Positions 24,725-34,128 of a stretch of 36,314 bases of DNA are shown one piece after another. The first letter of the stretch is position 1. Each line of letters opens with the position of its first letter. The notes under the pieces are model-generated. The model saw only the letters and a program-made list of their open reading frames with translations. It had not been told where the DNA came from and ran no database searches. The stretch is from an uncultured Candidatus Saccharibacteria bacterium (GTDB taxonomy: Bacteria > Patescibacteriota > Saccharimonadia > Saccharimonadales > 2-12-FULL-41-12), in the NCBI GenBank assembly GCA_964441225.1, contig CAYTUF010000003.1:1-36314 (forward strand), given 5' to 3'. A program made the translations under genes and the position numbers.

Positions 24725-24997
24725 TTACATTTGAATATACAACCCATAGGGAAGCCAGAATCCAATAATAGAAGCCACCAAGAGAACCGCGTAATCTATC
24801 TTGCGATCTATCTGTAGTTTCTCATTTTTTACAAATAGTATTCCTATCAACAGCCCTAGCGGGATGGGTAGATGCAAGTCCACCCCGGAGCTAACCTTTA
24901 GCCACAGAGAACCCACCAAGAGATAAAGTGTGATTTTCAACAAGTAAAATCCATCTTGGGCCGTCTTATCTACTATTTTTCCTTTTGTCTTCACCAT
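24725..24997 (-). CDS. small hydrophobic membrane protein, 90 aa, about 3 TM helices
   Basis: G-rich SD AAAGGGGGG lies 3 nt before the ATG, which is 20 nt after the rpsJ stop. Hydrophobic stretches FYLLKITLYLLVGSLWL, LPIPLGLLIGILFV and YAVLLVASIIGFWLPYGLYI. No family recognised. Confidence 0.6.
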   Translation of the reverse strand: MVKTKGKIVDKTAQDGFYLLKITLYLLVGSLWLKVSSGVDLHLPIPLGLLIGILFVKNEKLQIDRKIDYAVLLVASIIGFWLPYGLYIQM

Positions 24998-25017
24998 TTA
25001 CCCCCCTTTATTTGAGT

Positions 25018-25380
25018 TTACATCTTAATTTCAGCGTCACAGCCAGCCGGTAGTGACAGGTTCATCAGAGAATCGATCGTCTTCGGAGTCGGGTTAAGAA
25101 CATCGATTAAGCGTTTATGTACACGCATCTCAAACTGTTCACGGCCCTTTTTATAAACATGAGGGCTTTTAACCACTGTAAAAGTGCTCCTTCTGGTCGG
25201 CAAAGGGACTGGGCCAGCCACCGTTGCACCGGTTCTAAGCGCCGTATCGACTATCTGCTTTGCCGATAGATCAATTACTTTATGATCATAGGCTTTTAGA
25301 CGAATCCTGATTCGCTGTCCACCTGTAGGTGCTTTTTCTTCACTAGTTTTTTTTGTTGTAGGTTTTTTGGCGTCTGCCAT
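25018..25380 (-). CDS. rpsJ: 30S ribosomal protein S10 (Lys-rich N-terminal extension)
   Basis: [41 protein letters not shown]. Confidence 0.97.
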   Translation of the reverse strand: MADAKKPTTKKTSEEKAPTGGQRIRIRLKAYDHKVIDLSAKQIVDTALRTGATVAGPVPLPTRRSTFTVVKSPHVYKKGREQFEMRVHKRLIDVLNPTPKTIDSLMNLSLPAGCDAEIKM

Positions 25381-25499
25381 AGGTGTTGTTCCTTTCTGAT
25401 TGCTCAGCTTGCTGTAACATTATCTTGTTTTTCAAAAACAACTTTTAATCAGCAAATTTATTAATGATTAGCCTATTTTAACAGATATCAATACAAATT

Positions 25500-25528
25500 A
25501 AAAGAGCTCCTATTTTGGGAGCTCTTTT
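25500..25528 (-). terminator. Rho-independent terminator downstream of tuf (palindromic, potentially bidirectional)
   Basis: AAAAGAGCUCC-caaaaua-GGAGCUCUUUU (11-bp stem) is followed on the minus strand by UUUUAAUUUGUAUU. It lies 36 nt after the tuf stop. Confidence 0.7.
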
Positions 25529-25563
25529 TGGCTTCTCGGTACCTTATTTGGTACTTGTTTAGA

Positions 25564-26745
25564 TTACTTATTAATCTTGGTTACAACACCAGCACCTACG
25601 GTTCGGCCGCCTTCACGAATGGCGAAGCGAAGACCTTGCTCCATGGCAATTGGTGCAAGTAATTTTACCTTAAAGGTGATTGTGTCACCTGGCATAACCA
25701 TCTCTTTGTCAGCTGGGAGCTCAACCTCACCGGTAACGTCAGTTGTTCTAAAGTAAAACTGTGGCTTGTATCCCTTAAAGAAAGGAGTATGACGACCACC
25801 TTCTTCTTTGGTTAGAATGTAAACTTCCGATTCGAATTCTGTGTGAGGCGTAATAGACCCTGGTTTTGCAAGAACTTGTCCGCGTTCTATGTCGTCGCGC
25901 TCAACTCCCCTGAGAAGAACACCAACGTTATCGCCGGCTTGTCCTTGGTCGAGGTTTTTCTTGAACATTTCTACCCCTGTAACAACAGTCTTGCTGGTTT
26001 CTTTAATACCAACTATCTCAACTTCATCGTTGATCTTTACAATACCTTGTTCTACCCGTCCAGTAGCAACAGTTCCACGGCCCTTTATAGAGAAAACATC
26101 TTCTATTGGCATCAGAAATGGCTTGTCTAGATCCCTTTTTGGTTCCGGTATGTAGTCGTCCATAGCCTTTACAAGCTCCATGACAGCATTCATATTTTCT
26201 TCGTCACCCTCAAGAGCTTTGGTAGCAGATCCTTTTATGATTGGGCAATTCTCGTCAAATTCATATTTGGCTAGTAACTCGCGGATATCCATCTCTACAA
26301 GCTCTACTAACTCTGGGTCGGCAAGATCCATCTTGTTCATGAAAACAAGAATCTTTGGAACTCCAACCTGGCGAGCTAGCAAAACGTGTTCTCGAGTTTG
26401 AGGCATGGGGCCATCAGCAGCTGATACCACCAAAATAGCTCCGTCAATCTGTGCAGCACCAGTAATCATATTCTTAACATAATCTGCGTGTCCTGGCATA
26501 TCGACGTGTGCGTAGTGCCGTTTCTCACTCTCGTACTCTTGGTGTGAGGTTGCAATTGTAATCCCTCGTTGTTTTTCCTCTGGTGCGTTGTCAATTTTGT
26601 CGTAAGCAACGGCTTTGTTAACATCACTTGGAAGTTTCTTTGCTAAAGTTGTTGTAATTGCTGCTGTCAATGTAGTTTTACCGTGGTCAACGTGCCCCAT
26701 AGTACCAACATTCACGTGCGGTTTACTTCGGTCGAAATCTGCCAT
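25564..26745 (-). CDS. tuf: elongation factor Tu
   Basis: [47 protein letters not shown]. Confidence 0.98.
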   Translation of the reverse strand: MADFDRSKPHVNVGTMGHVDHGKTTLTAAITTTLAKKLPSDVNKAVAYDKIDNAPEEKQRGITIATSHQEYESEKRHYAHVDMPGHADYVKNMITGAAQIDGAILVVSAADGPMPQTREHVLLARQVGVPKILVFMNKMDLADPELVELVEMDIRELLAKYEFDENCPIIKGSATKALEGDEENMNAVMELVKAMDDYIPEPKRDLDKPFLMPIEDVFSIKGRGTVATGRVEQGIVKINDEVEIVGIKETSKTVVTGVEMFKKNLDQGQAGDNVGVLLRGVERDDIERGQVLAKPGSITPHTEFESEVYILTKEEGGRHTPFFKGYKPQFYFRTTDVTGEVELPADKEMVMPGDTITFKVKLLAPIAMEQGLRFAIREGGRTVGAGVVTKINK

Positions 26746-26818
26746 AAGTTTATAATCTCCTACTTATTTATTAATAATTTTTGCATAAGCACTCTAGTAC
26801 TCACGCGAGATAGCTTCT

Positions 26819-26847
26819 ATTTTAGCCGATTTTTAGGTGAATGTAAA
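26819..26847 (-). promoter_or_regulatory. candidate promoter for tuf (TTTACA-17 nt-TAAAAT)
   Basis: -35 is at 26842-26847 and -10 at 26819-26824 on the minus strand. AGGAGA SD lies about 10 nt before the tuf ATG. Confidence 0.4.
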
Positions 26848-26859
26848 GTATAAGTTTGT

Positions 26860-27096
26860 TTATTTTTGGTGGTATTTCTGCCAGGCGAGAATATACCAAA
26901 AAGATGAATTGATTAAAGCTGTTACCGAAGAGAATACTAAGCCTAGAGTAAAGTAGGTAATGCAAAACGCTACCAATACCGTACCGGTTATTAAACTAGT
27001 GTATAGATGTGGCTTGTCTTTACTTCTGATTGAAGGAATCAATGATGCAGAAAAGATGATTGTACCAATGGTAAATACCCCGTCCTGCCAAGTCAT
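26860..27096 (-). CDS. small 3-TM membrane protein, 78 aa (weak SemiSWEET/PQ-loop-like resemblance)
   Basis: Three hydrophobic segments: VFTIGTIIFSASLIPSI, LITGTVLVAFCITYFTLGL and SSVTALINSSFWYILAW. AAAGGT SD lies 9 nt upstream. The IG...S.IPS-basic loop is reminiscent of, but not identical to, the PQ motif. Confidence 0.55.
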   Translation of the reverse strand: MTWQDGVFTIGTIIFSASLIPSIRSKDKPHLYTSLITGTVLVAFCITYFTLGLVFSSVTALINSSFWYILAWQKYHQK

Positions 27097-27272
27097 TCTT
27101 TTTCTACCTTTTCTGAAGGTTGCGTTAATTTATCTGCAGTTTCAGTTACTATAAATTCACCTGGCCTCAAGAAAAATAGGTTAAGCGCAGATAGCCCAAA
27201 CCGCTTTAGTAAGCTTAGTTGAGGAGGGGTTTCAGGACCTTCGTGCTTAAGGTTTGGGTTTTCTATCTCCAT
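27093..27272 (-). CDS. candidate 59-aa small ORF, ATGA-coupled to the 78-aa membrane ORF
   Basis: One residue below the track cutoff, so translated by hand: MEIENPNLKHEGPETPPQLSLLKRFGLSALNLFFLRPGEFIVTETADKLTQPSEKVEKE. It starts 11 nt after the fusA stop with no clear SD. Its stop TGA overlaps the next ATG (GAATGA). Confidence 0.3.
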   Translation of the reverse strand: MEIENPNLKHEGPETPPQLSLLKRFGLSALNLFFLRPGEFIVTETADKLTQPSEKVEKE

Positions 27273-27283
27273 GGTACTCGATA

Positions 27284-29371
27284 TTATTTGGTACTTTTGG
27301 CAATGATGGCTTCGGCTACATTTGGTGGTACATCAGCGTAGTGATCTAGCTCCATACTAGAACTAGCACGCCCTTGAGTCATAGAACGCAGATTGGTTGT
27401 GTAGCCAAACATTTCGCCAAGAGGCACAAAAGCTGTAATCTGCTTTACGCCATTTGCTAGATCTTCCATGGCTTCAATCCTGCCCCGTTTGCTATTTAAA
27501 TCTCCTATTACGTCACCCATATACTCATCAGGCGTTACAGCAACGACTTTCATAATAGGTTCGAGCAGCACTGGGTTAGACTTCTTGACACCCTCTTGAA
27601 GCGCCATAGAACCTGCAATCTTGAAAGCCATCTCGCTAGAGTCAACATCGTGATAACTTCCGTCATATAATTCTGCCCTTACATCAACCACAGGGTAGCC
27701 AGCTAAAACACCGTTATTCATCGCTTCTTTGATGCCCTCTTCTACAGGCTTAATGTATTCCTGGGGGACTACACCGCCTTTTATAGAGTTTATAAACTCA
27801 AAGCCTTTGCCAGATTCGTTTTGACTAAGACGTAACCAGACGTCACCATATTGACCACGACCACCAGACTGACGGATAAATTTACCTTGCACTTCGATAC
27901 CGTCTTTACGTATGGTCTCACGATAAGCAACTTGAGGCTGGCCAATATTTGCTTCGACCTTGAACTCTCGCTTCATTCGATCGACGATGATTTCCAGATG
28001 AAGCTCACCCATACCACTAATAATGGTCTGTCCGGTCTCTTCGTCAACCTTGATGCGGAAAGTTGGGTCTTCCTCTGCTAGTCTTTGCAGGGCAATACTC
28101 ATCTTTTCTTGGTCGACCTTAGTCTTCGGCTCGATAGCAATGCTTACTGGTGGCTCTGGAAAAGTTATACTCTCTAAAATGATTGGGTTATTTTGATCGG
28201 ATAATGAATTCCCGGTAGTCGTATTTTTTAAACCCACGACCGCTGCTATATCGCCAGCTTGCACCTCTGAAACATCTTGTCGTTGATCTGCTTGCATCCT
28301 AACAATACGTCCGATTCTTTCTTTTTCTCCGTTTGAGCTATTTAAGACGTAGCTCCCTGCTTGTAATTTGCCTGAGTAGACTCTTACGAAACAAAGTTTA
28401 CCTACAAATGGATCGGTTGCAATTTTGAAGGCCAAGCCTGAGAATGGCTCAGACATAGAAGGCTTTCTCTCTATCTCGTCAGCAGTTTTTGCGTGTTGCC
28501 CCCAAACCGAACCCCTGTCAATTGGCGAAGGTAAGTAATCTACGGCTGAATCAAGTACCTTCTCGACAATCACTCCACGACCGTCTCCGCCAGTAACTGC
28601 GAAGAATTTACCTGTTAGTACGGCTGTACGGATTGCTTGTTTTATGTCTGTTTCACTTAAACCTTCTTCGCCAACTTCTAGGTATTTTTCAAGCATCTTT
28701 TCATCTTCGGCTACGGCGTTTTCTATTAGCAGGCTTCGATATTTCTTGGCTTTATCTAGCATATCGGCTGGGATCTCTCCCTCAACAAGTTCTTTATCCG
28801 TAAAGTCCTTGTAGGTATAAGCTTTCATGGCTACCAAATCGACTACTCCGTTAATCCTTTGCTCAAAACCAATTGGTAAGTGTATCGGAAAGGCTGATTT
28901 GTTAAGCCTTGCGTGAATAGTATCAAGAGATTTATAAAAGTCCCCACCTGTCTGGTTAATTTTATTGATAAAACAAATGCGTGGAACCCCATACTTATCA
29001 GCCTGACGCCAAACAGTCTCAGACTGGCTCTCAACCCCCATCTTGCCATCAAAGACCGTTATAGCACCGTCAAGTACTCGTAGTGAGCGTTCTACCTCTA
29101 CGGTAAAATCAATATGACCTGGTGTGTCGATAATGTTTATCTGGTGGTCTTTCCAGTAACAAGTTACGGCTGCGGATGTGATAGTAATACCGCGTTCTCG
29201 CTCTTGCTCCATCCAGTCGGTGGTAGTTTCACCTTCGTGAGTTGTCCCAATCTTGTGCTTAATACCAGTTCTAAATAAAATACCTTCGGTAGTGGTAGTT
29301 TTACCTGCGTCAATATGAGCAATAATGCCAATGTTACGTAATTTTTCTAATGGATATTTTTTATCTGCCAT
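27284..29371 (-). CDS. fusA: elongation factor G
   Basis: [38 protein letters not shown]. 695 aa. Confidence 0.98.
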   Translation of the reverse strand: MADKKYPLEKLRNIGIIAHIDAGKTTTTEGILFRTGIKHKIGTTHEGETTTDWMEQERERGITITSAAVTCYWKDHQINIIDTPGHIDFTVEVERSLRVLDGAITVFDGKMGVESQSETVWRQADKYGVPRICFINKINQTGGDFYKSLDTIHARLNKSAFPIHLPIGFEQRINGVVDLVAMKAYTYKDFTDKELVEGEIPADMLDKAKKYRSLLIENAVAEDEKMLEKYLEVGEEGLSETDIKQAIRTAVLTGKFFAVTGGDGRGVIVEKVLDSAVDYLPSPIDRGSVWGQHAKTADEIERKPSMSEPFSGLAFKIATDPFVGKLCFVRVYSGKLQAGSYVLNSSNGEKERIGRIVRMQADQRQDVSEVQAGDIAAVVGLKNTTTGNSLSDQNNPIILESITFPEPPVSIAIEPKTKVDQEKMSIALQRLAEEDPTFRIKVDEETGQTIISGMGELHLEIIVDRMKREFKVEANIGQPQVAYRETIRKDGIEVQGKFIRQSGGRGQYGDVWLRLSQNESGKGFEFINSIKGGVVPQEYIKPVEEGIKEAMNNGVLAGYPVVDVRAELYDGSYHDVDSSEMAFKIAGSMALQEGVKKSNPVLLEPIMKVVAVTPDEYMGDVIGDLNSKRGRIEAMEDLANGVKQITAFVPLGEMFGYTTNLRSMTQGRASSSMELDHYADVPPNVAEAIIAKSTK

Positions 29372-29390
29372 CTGTGCCTTTTCTTAATGT

Positions 29391-29870
29391 TTAGTATCTA
29401 GCGAAATGAGCAAAAGCTCGGTTAGCTTCGGCCATCTTGTGCATATCTTCTTTCTTTTTTACTGCCATGCCGGTCGAGTTATAGGCATCGACTAGTTCAA
29501 GAGCTAGTCGGTCTTCCATGCTCATACCTTTGCGTGCCCTCGATGAATGAACAAACCACATAATGGTTAAATGGCTTTGGCGTTGACCCTTTACCTCAAA
29601 TGGTATCTGGTAGTTAGCGCCCCCAACTCGGCGTGACCGAGTCTCTAGGCTAGGTTTTACATTATCTAACGCCTGATCAAACACCTCTAGTGGATTTTGA
29701 ACCTTTAGTTTATCGGCGGCCTTTTGCATGCCATTATAAACAAGGCGTTCTGCTATCTGTTTCTTGCCATCATGCATTACGCGGTTAATAACTCTTTGGA
29801 CTCTGACGCTGTTATAAACACGGTCTGGCTGAATATCCCTGGTTAAATCTTTAGTTTTCTTTCGGGGCAC
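29391..29870 (-). CDS. rpsG: 30S ribosomal protein S7
   Basis: PDRVYNS..., RRVGGANYQIPFEV, ANRAFAHFRY-like C-terminus. Confidence 0.97.
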   Translation of the reverse strand: MPRKKTKDLTRDIQPDRVYNSVRVQRVINRVMHDGKKQIAERLVYNGMQKAADKLKVQNPLEVFDQALDNVKPSLETRSRRVGGANYQIPFEVKGQRQSHLTIMWFVHSSRARKGMSMEDRLALELVDAYNSTGMAVKKKEDMHKMAEANRAFAHFARY

Positions 29871-30283
29871 TATTTAGAATCCTTTCTGGTACCATATTTT
29901 GAACGGCCCTGTTTGCGTTCGCTTACACCTTGTAAATCTAAATTACCACGAACGATATGGTAGCGAACACCAGGTAAATCTTTTACGCGACCACCACGAA
30001 CCAAAACAGCTGCGTGCTCTTGTAAGTTATGCCCCTCACCACCGATGTAAGCCCAGACCTCGTAACCACTAGTCAGACGCACACGTGCGACCTTCCTAAG
30101 GGCTGAGTTCGGCTTTTTAGGTGTTTTTGTCGTAACTTTCACACAAACTCCTCTTTTAAAGGGCGATGGTTTTTCATAGTTAACGGTCTTTAGATTGTTT
30201 ACTACGCGTTGCAAGGCTGGCGATTTACTTTTTGACATAACTCGCTTGCGTGGTTTCCTAACTAATTGGTTGATTGTTGGCAT
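29870..30283 (-). CDS. rpsL: 30S ribosomal protein S12
   Basis: [13 protein letters not shown]...[34 protein letters not shown]. Confidence 0.98.
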   Translation of the reverse strand: MPTINQLVRKPRKRVMSKSKSPALQRVVNNLKTVNYEKPSPFKRGVCVKVTTKTPKKPNSALRKVARVRLTSGYEVWAYIGGEGHNLQEHAAVLVRGGRVKDLPGVRYHIVRGNLDLQGVSERKQGRSKYGTRKDSK

Positions 30284-30330
30284 GGTCTTAAGCTTTTCCC
30301 CTATCTATAGAAAGTGTCATTTTAACAAAT

Positions 30331-33300
30331 TTACTCTTCAATTTCAATCTCTTCATGCTTTCTGGCCCCATAGCCCGTGCCTACCGGGATCTTACGTCCT
30401 AAGATTACATTCTCCTTAAGGCCGTATAGGTTATCGACTCGACCGCTAGTAGCAGAGGCTATCAAAACCCTTGTGGTATCCTGGAAGGAAGCCGCACTTA
30501 GGAATGAATCTGTACTTAGTGAAGCTTTGGTAATACCCAGTAGTAACTGGACAAAAGTAGCAGGTTTTTTACCTTTTTTGGCCAATTCTTCGTTAGCTTC
30601 GACTACTGCGAGCTTGCTCACAATATCTCCAGTTACAAATTCACTGTCGCCTGATTCTTCTATCTGAACTCGACTAAACATTTGATTGACAATAACTTCT
30701 AGGTGCTTATCGGCAATATCTTGTCCCTGTGAAACAAAAATTTTCAATATTTCGTTCATTATGTAGCGTTGGGCGGCTTCTACGCCTTGTAGGCGCATCA
30801 GATCTCTTACGTTAATCGAGCCAGCGGTTAGCCTTTGCCCTGCCACTACCTCATCGCCATCTTTAACTAATATCTGCCTATAGCCTGGTATTTCGTATTT
30901 GAGAATACTTTGCCCAGCTGGGGTAATTTTTGCTAATTTTTTGGTCAATGCGACCTTCCCTGAAACCGGTGCTATCAGGGGGCTGTCGCCATTTTCAAGA
31001 GAAGCGATAACATCACCAACCTGAACTTCTGAGCCAGTTGCGACCTGCGCGGTTCTCTCGCCAAGCTTTAGCTCTACCATTTTTGCGTCGTCGTTTGTTA
31101 CTTGAACGACGTAATTATCACCATCTTCCCATATTTCAACTTTACCAGGGATATCTGCTAGGAAAGCTTGCCCTTTAGGAGTCCTGACTTCAAATAACTC
31201 TTCTACACGGGGTAGACCAGTTGTAATGTCATCTCCTGCAACACCGCCACTGTGGAAAGTTTTCAACGTAAGCTGGGTACCTGGTTCGCCAATACTTTGA
31301 GCAGCGATTACTCCGATAGGCGCATGTTTGGCAACCAATTCACCTGTTGCGGGGTCTAAGCCATAGCTTCTTGGGTCAACTCCTCGCACAGCACTACAGC
31401 TCAACACACTCATAATCTTTACTCCATCAAGCTCTTTGTCGGATTCTATCTCAAGTGCAGCCTCTGGAGTGATTAGTTGACCTTTCTTAACATATTTACC
31501 AATGTTTTCTGCGGCAAACCGACCTTTTAGCCTATTTGCGTAATCAACACCTATTTCTTTGGCATCTTCTCTGTACATTGGGAAACCTGGGTCAGCCGTA
31601 GCTTCGTCTATTGTAAACACGTCTTGGGCTACATCGACTAAACGTCGGGTTAAGTAACCTGAGTCAGCTGTTTTTAGCGCTGTATCAATCAGTCCCTTTC
31701 TAGCTCCTCGTGTTGAGGTGAAATACTCCAACGGGTTTAAGCCATCCCTGTAGTTATTTCTGATTGGAAGCTCCATAGCTCGGCCTGTGGCATCAGACAA
31801 TATTCCTACAGAACCTACAACCTGTTTGACCTGGACAATCGAACCCCTTGCCCCTGATGTAACTGCCAAGGACATAGCGTTATCCTCGCCTGCGAACTGC
31901 TCTCCTAGGGCATCTTGGATTTCAGCATCAGCAGTCGTCCATGTCTCAATCGTTAAACGATATCTTTCTTCATCGGTAATGAAACCTTGATCAAACTGCT
32001 CACTAACAGCCGTGGCCTTTTCATCTGCCATCTCTATGATTTCGCCCAGCTTATTAACGTCAACAAAATCGCTCATCCCCATAGACAACCCAGAAATTGT
32101 GGCGTAGTTAAATCCAAGCGTCTTGAGATCGTCTGCTATTTCTGCACTCTTATCTCGCCCGTATTTGGCATATACTTCTGCCATAACTTTGGCTAATTTT
32201 TTCTTGCTCATTGGCTCATCCTGGAAGGGGAAATCGTCTGGGAAAATCTCATTAAACAAGAATCTTCCTAACGTACTTGTACGCTCTTTGCCTCTGAATT
32301 CTATGGTTATTAAATCTTGAAGCTTTATTTTGTCTTTATCGTAAGCCATCAGTGCTTCATTAAGGCTAGTGTAATCTTTAGGCTCTTTAGATGAGGTTGG
32401 ACGAATATAAGTCAAGAAATAACAGCCAAGAACGATATCTTGTTCTATATGAAGAATCGGTGATCCATCGGCTGGTTTTAGCAAGTTTTTATTGGCGGCC
32501 ATAATATTTTTGGCTTCATCCTGAGCTCTATCAGATAAAGGTAGGTGTACTGCCATTTGGTCACCATCAAAGTCCGCGTTAAAGCCTTTACATACAAGTG
32601 GGTGCAATCTTATAGCTTTCCCTTCAATTAAAATCGGGTGGAAAGCCTGGACACTTAGTCTGTGCAAGCTAGGAGCACGGTTAAGTAGCACATACTTATC
32701 CTGGATTACTTCGTCAAGCGCATCCCAGACAGCAGTCTCACCCAGCTCTATCATACGCGTAGCACTCCTAATATTGTGTGCTAATTCTTTCTCGATTAGC
32801 TTGCCCATTACAAAAGGTTTAAATAGTTCTAGTGCCATCATTTTTGGCAAACCACACTGGTGCATTTTAAGCTCTGGGCCAGAGACAATCACTGATCGTC
32901 CAGAATAGTCCACTCTCTTACCTAAAAGATTCTGTCGGAAGCGACCTTGTTTGCCTTTTAGCATATCTGAAAGAGATTTTAGTCGTCTGCGTTGACCCGT
33001 CGAAGACACAGCTCGTCCAGATCTGGTAGCGTTATTGTCTATTAACGCATCAACGGCTTCCTGGAGCATTCTTTGCTCATTTCTACAAATAACCTCTGGT
33101 GCATTTAAGCCTATTAGTTTCTTGAGCCTATTATTTCTGTTAATAACCCTGCGGTATAAATCGTTCAAGTCGCTAGTTGCGAATCGACCACCAGTCAACT
33201 GAACCATTGGCCTTAAATCTGGAGGAATAACCGGCAAAACACTCACGCACATACTAGTAGGCTTAATATCTGCCCTGTGCATATTCTCTAATAGGCGCAG

Positions 33301-34128
33301 GCGTTTAAGGATCTTTTTCTTCCGTTGCCCTTTTGTTTCTTCGGCTTCTTTTTCTAGCTCACTAATTAACTTATCGAGGTCGATTTCTTCAAGCAATTCT
33401 TTAAGTGTTGCTCCGCCCATACCAACTTTTATTAGTTTTTCCAACTCGCTAGGTAATTCTCTATATTCGTTTTCGCTAATGAGATTATATTTTTCTAAGG
33501 TGCTGATTTGGTTTTTAAAGATATCGAATTTCTCTCGCACTTCATCCAACTCTTTAGTCTGTGCTTCTGCCAGAGCCTTGACGTTGGCATCTTTATCCTT
33601 CGCTTGTGCTTCATATCGTGCTTTAATAGCCACTTCTGCAGCAGAAGTCTCTGCTTCTTTGTCCGCCAGAAGTTTATCGCGAGCCTCAATATCAACACTC
33701 TTTATGATATAGCTAGCAAAATAAGCAACTCTTTCAAGACTTTTTACTGTCATACCAAGAAGTAACCCGATGGCACTTGGCGTACCGCGCAGGAACCAGA
33801 TGTGAGCTACAGGACTAGCTAGAGCAATATGCCCCATCCTCTCTCGTCTCACAATTGATCTTGTAACTAATTCACCCTTTTTATCGACTGCTGCTTCTCT
33901 GGATCTTACTCCTTTATACTTAGCATCATGTGGATTTATGTCTTTAACAGGGCCAAAGATTCTTTCACAGAACAGACCATCTCGTTCCGGTTTTTGAGTT
34001 CTGTAATTGATGGTTTCTGGCTTTGTGACCTCGCCGTGACTCCACTCTAAAATATCGTCTGGGCTTGCAACAGCAAGTCTTACAGCATCAAAATCTGCAA
34101 TGTTCGTACCGCTCGAATATCTACGCAT
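30331..34128 (-). CDS. rpoC: DNA-directed RNA polymerase subunit beta'
   Basis: NADFDGDQMAVHLPLS (catalytic DFDGD) and GRFRQNLLGKRVDYSGRSVIV. 1265 aa. The ATG shares one nt with the rpoB stop (TAATG). Confidence 0.98.
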   Translation of the reverse strand: MRRYSSGTNIADFDAVRLAVASPDDILEWSHGEVTKPETINYRTQKPERDGLFCERIFGPVKDINPHDAKYKGVRSREAAVDKKGELVTRSIVRRERMGHIALASPVAHIWFLRGTPSAIGLLLGMTVKSLERVAYFASYIIKSVDIEARDKLLADKEAETSAAEVAIKARYEAQAKDKDANVKALAEAQTKELDEVREKFDIFKNQISTLEKYNLISENEYRELPSELEKLIKVGMGGATLKELLEEIDLDKLISELEKEAEETKGQRKKKILKRLRLLENMHRADIKPTSMCVSVLPVIPPDLRPMVQLTGGRFATSDLNDLYRRVINRNNRLKKLIGLNAPEVICRNEQRMLQEAVDALIDNNATRSGRAVSSTGQRRRLKSLSDMLKGKQGRFRQNLLGKRVDYSGRSVIVSGPELKMHQCGLPKMMALELFKPFVMGKLIEKELAHNIRSATRMIELGETAVWDALDEVIQDKYVLLNRAPSLHRLSVQAFHPILIEGKAIRLHPLVCKGFNADFDGDQMAVHLPLSDRAQDEAKNIMAANKNLLKPADGSPILHIEQDIVLGCYFLTYIRPTSSKEPKDYTSLNEALMAYDKDKIKLQDLITIEFRGKERTSTLGRFLFNEIFPDDFPFQDEPMSKKKLAKVMAEVYAKYGRDKSAEIADDLKTLGFNYATISGLSMGMSDFVDVNKLGEIIEMADEKATAVSEQFDQGFITDEERYRLTIETWTTADAEIQDALGEQFAGEDNAMSLAVTSGARGSIVQVKQVVGSVGILSDATGRAMELPIRNNYRDGLNPLEYFTSTRGARKGLIDTALKTADSGYLTRRLVDVAQDVFTIDEATADPGFPMYREDAKEIGVDYANRLKGRFAAENIGKYVKKGQLITPEAALEIESDKELDGVKIMSVLSCSAVRGVDPRSYGLDPATGELVAKHAPIGVIAAQSIGEPGTQLTLKTFHSGGVAGDDITTGLPRVEELFEVRTPKGQAFLADIPGKVEIWEDGDNYVVQVTNDDAKMVELKLGERTAQVATGSEVQVGDVIASLENGDSPLIAPVSGKVALTKKLAKITPAGQSILKYEIPGYRQILVKDGDEVVAGQRLTAGSINVRDLMRLQGVEAAQRYIMNEILKIFVSQGQDIADKHLEVIVNQMFSRVQIEESGDSEFVTGDIVSKLAVVEANEELAKKGKKPATFVQLLLGITKASLSTDSFLSAASFQDTTRVLIASATSGRVDNLYGLKENVILGRKIPVGTGYGARKHEEIEIEE

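Noticed and set aside
25425-25441. Palindrome TTGTTTTTcAAAAACAA upstream of rpsJ.
   Set aside because: It is almost pure A/T and the 1-nt centre cannot form a hairpin. A role as a protein operator is possible but unsupported.
25544-25556. The 13-nt TTATTTGGTACTT downstream of tuf is identical to the fusA stop region (27284-27296). Both are near a GGTAC, which hints at a duplicated junction flanking the small-ORF+tuf segment.
   Set aside because: A handful of 13-mer matches are expected by chance in a 36-kb AT-leaning window, and the similarity decays quickly outside the 13-mer. It is worth a dot-plot but is not supportable as a repeat.
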